Shown here: positions 31,280-32,000 of the stretch, piece after piece
Layout: each line of letters opens with the position of its first letter
How positions within the stretch are numbered: the first letter of the stretch is position 1
Source: Candidatus Blochmanniella floridana
GTDB lineage: Bacteria; Pseudomonadota; Gammaproteobacteria; Enterobacterales; Enterobacteriaceae
Direction of reading: 5' to 3'
Length of the DNA stretch: 32,000 bases
NCBI GenBank assembly: GCA_000043285.1
Contig: BX248583.1
Location: 300,001 to 332,000 of the forward strand
The notes under the pieces: generated by a model
Seen by the model: only the letters and a program-made list of their open reading frames with translations
What the model was told of the DNA's origin: nothing
Database searches by the model: none
Translations under genes and position numbers: made by a program

Positions 31280-31370
31280 ATACATCGTAACTGTAGTTAA
31301 CAGTTTTGTTGATTTAGTCAGGTCTGGAAAGAAGCAGCTATAACAAAATTGTATACAGTTACGATGATGT
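31280..31370 (+). ncRNA. ffs: Signal recognition particle 4.5S RNA
   Basis: The domain IV core AGTCAGGTCTGGAAAGAAGCAGC (31316-31338) matches E. coli 4.5S GGUCAGGUCCGGAAGGAAGCAGC. It is embedded in a long rod-like hairpin: CATCGTAACTGTA (31283-31295) pairs with TACAGTTACGATG (31354-31366), and the inner TTTTGTT pairs with AACAAAA. A T-rich run follows (31376-31393). A possible sigma-70 promoter is TTAACA (31246-31251), 18 nt, TAGTGT (31270-31275). The ends are approximate. The lon-ffs-apt position agrees with E. coli gene order. Confidence 0.85.
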
Positions 31371-31774
31371 GTGTTATTTTTATTGTTTTTTTTGAAAAAT
31401 GAGGGTTAATTTAATGTAGAATTTTTAAAATTAAATTAAGCGTAAGTTATGTTATATTTGAAAAATGTATGATGAAATCTATAAAATTTAATATAATTAC
31501 ATTAGTTTATGTATTGGAATCTGAGATTTAATATATTTCATGTATTAAATCATTGAATAGTTAATTGAATTAATGATAATGATTAGGTTAATCAATGAAG
31601 TTATTGATATGTTTTGTATATATAGTTAACAAAGTTAATCGTAAATTTTGATAATTGTATAAATAAATAATGCAATAGTTATTGTAATGGATGTATATTT
31701 AGTAAGATTTGAAGCTACTTAATATCATGAGTTAAATGATATATTTTGTGCTTTCAAAAAAATGGATCAAGAAT

Positions 31775-32000
31775 ATGATAAGTCATACAGATCATCAATT
31801 AACTTTGATTAAAGAAAATATAAAATTTATTCCAAATTATCCAAAGCAAGGAATTTTATTTCGTGATATCACTGCTTTACTAGAAAATCCTCATGCATAT
31901 TCTGCATGTATTAAATTATTAGCAGATCATTATAAGAACCATCAATTAACTAAAATAGTGGGTGTAGAAGCTCGTGGATTTTTATTTGGATCGCCTTTAG
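31775..32000 (+). CDS. apt: Adenine phosphoribosyltransferase, N-terminal part (runs off the 3' end of the window)
   Basis: This gene is not in the ORF track because no stop codon falls inside the window. ATG 31775 gives [75 protein letters not shown], matching E. coli Apt (..[48 protein letters not shown]). Confidence 0.93.
   Translation, partial: MISHTDHQLTLIKENIKFIPNYPKQGILFRDITALLENPHAYSACIKLLADHYKNHQLTKIVGVEARGFLFGSPL

Overview
This window is strongly AT-rich and gene-dense. It looks like part of a reduced genome from an Enterobacterales-derived insect endosymbiont (Blochmannia- or Wigglesworthia-like), but the exact taxon cannot be fixed without a database search. I can support 25 intact protein genes (two cut by the window edges), one frameshifted gene (gmhB), one SRP/4.5S RNA gene (ffs) and one sigma-32 heat-shock promoter. 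All ORFs read cleanly with the standard code. From memory of the E. coli K-12 map, positions 1-20103 are collinear with dxr-uppS-cdsA-rseP-bamA-skp-lpxD-fabZ-lpxA-lpxB-rnhB-dnaE-accA-[..]-tilS-[..]-proS-[..]-gmhB, with the dispensable genes in between deleted. Next come accC-accB-aroQ on the minus strand, diverging from mreB-mreC-mreD-[..]-tldD. These are followed by pmbA, which is not its neighbour in E. coli, and then lon-[..]-ffs-[..]-apt. Everything is core housekeeping: isoprenoid and lipid A synthesis, envelope biogenesis, replication, fatty-acid initiation, cell shape and proteolysis. I found no mobile elements, CRISPR arrays, tRNA or rRNA genes, toxin or defence modules, or unexplained multi-gene cassettes, so I do not claim a novel system here. 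The observations most worth a second look are listed below. (1) gmhB is split by a frameshift inside a T9 homopolymer while both halves keep their catalytic motifs, a candidate for transcriptional-slippage rescue. (2) LpxD has a roughly 28-30 aa strongly hydrophobic C-terminal extension that fills the former lpxD-fabZ spacer. (3) The ProRS editing (INS) domain keeps its length but appears to have lost conserved editing motifs. (4) A near-consensus sigma-32 promoter and a conserved leader sit upstream of lon. (5) ffs has a compensatory change at the pair closing its tetraloop. (6) tldD and pmbA are juxtaposed. (7) Long in-frame A9/T9 tracts lie inside essential genes.
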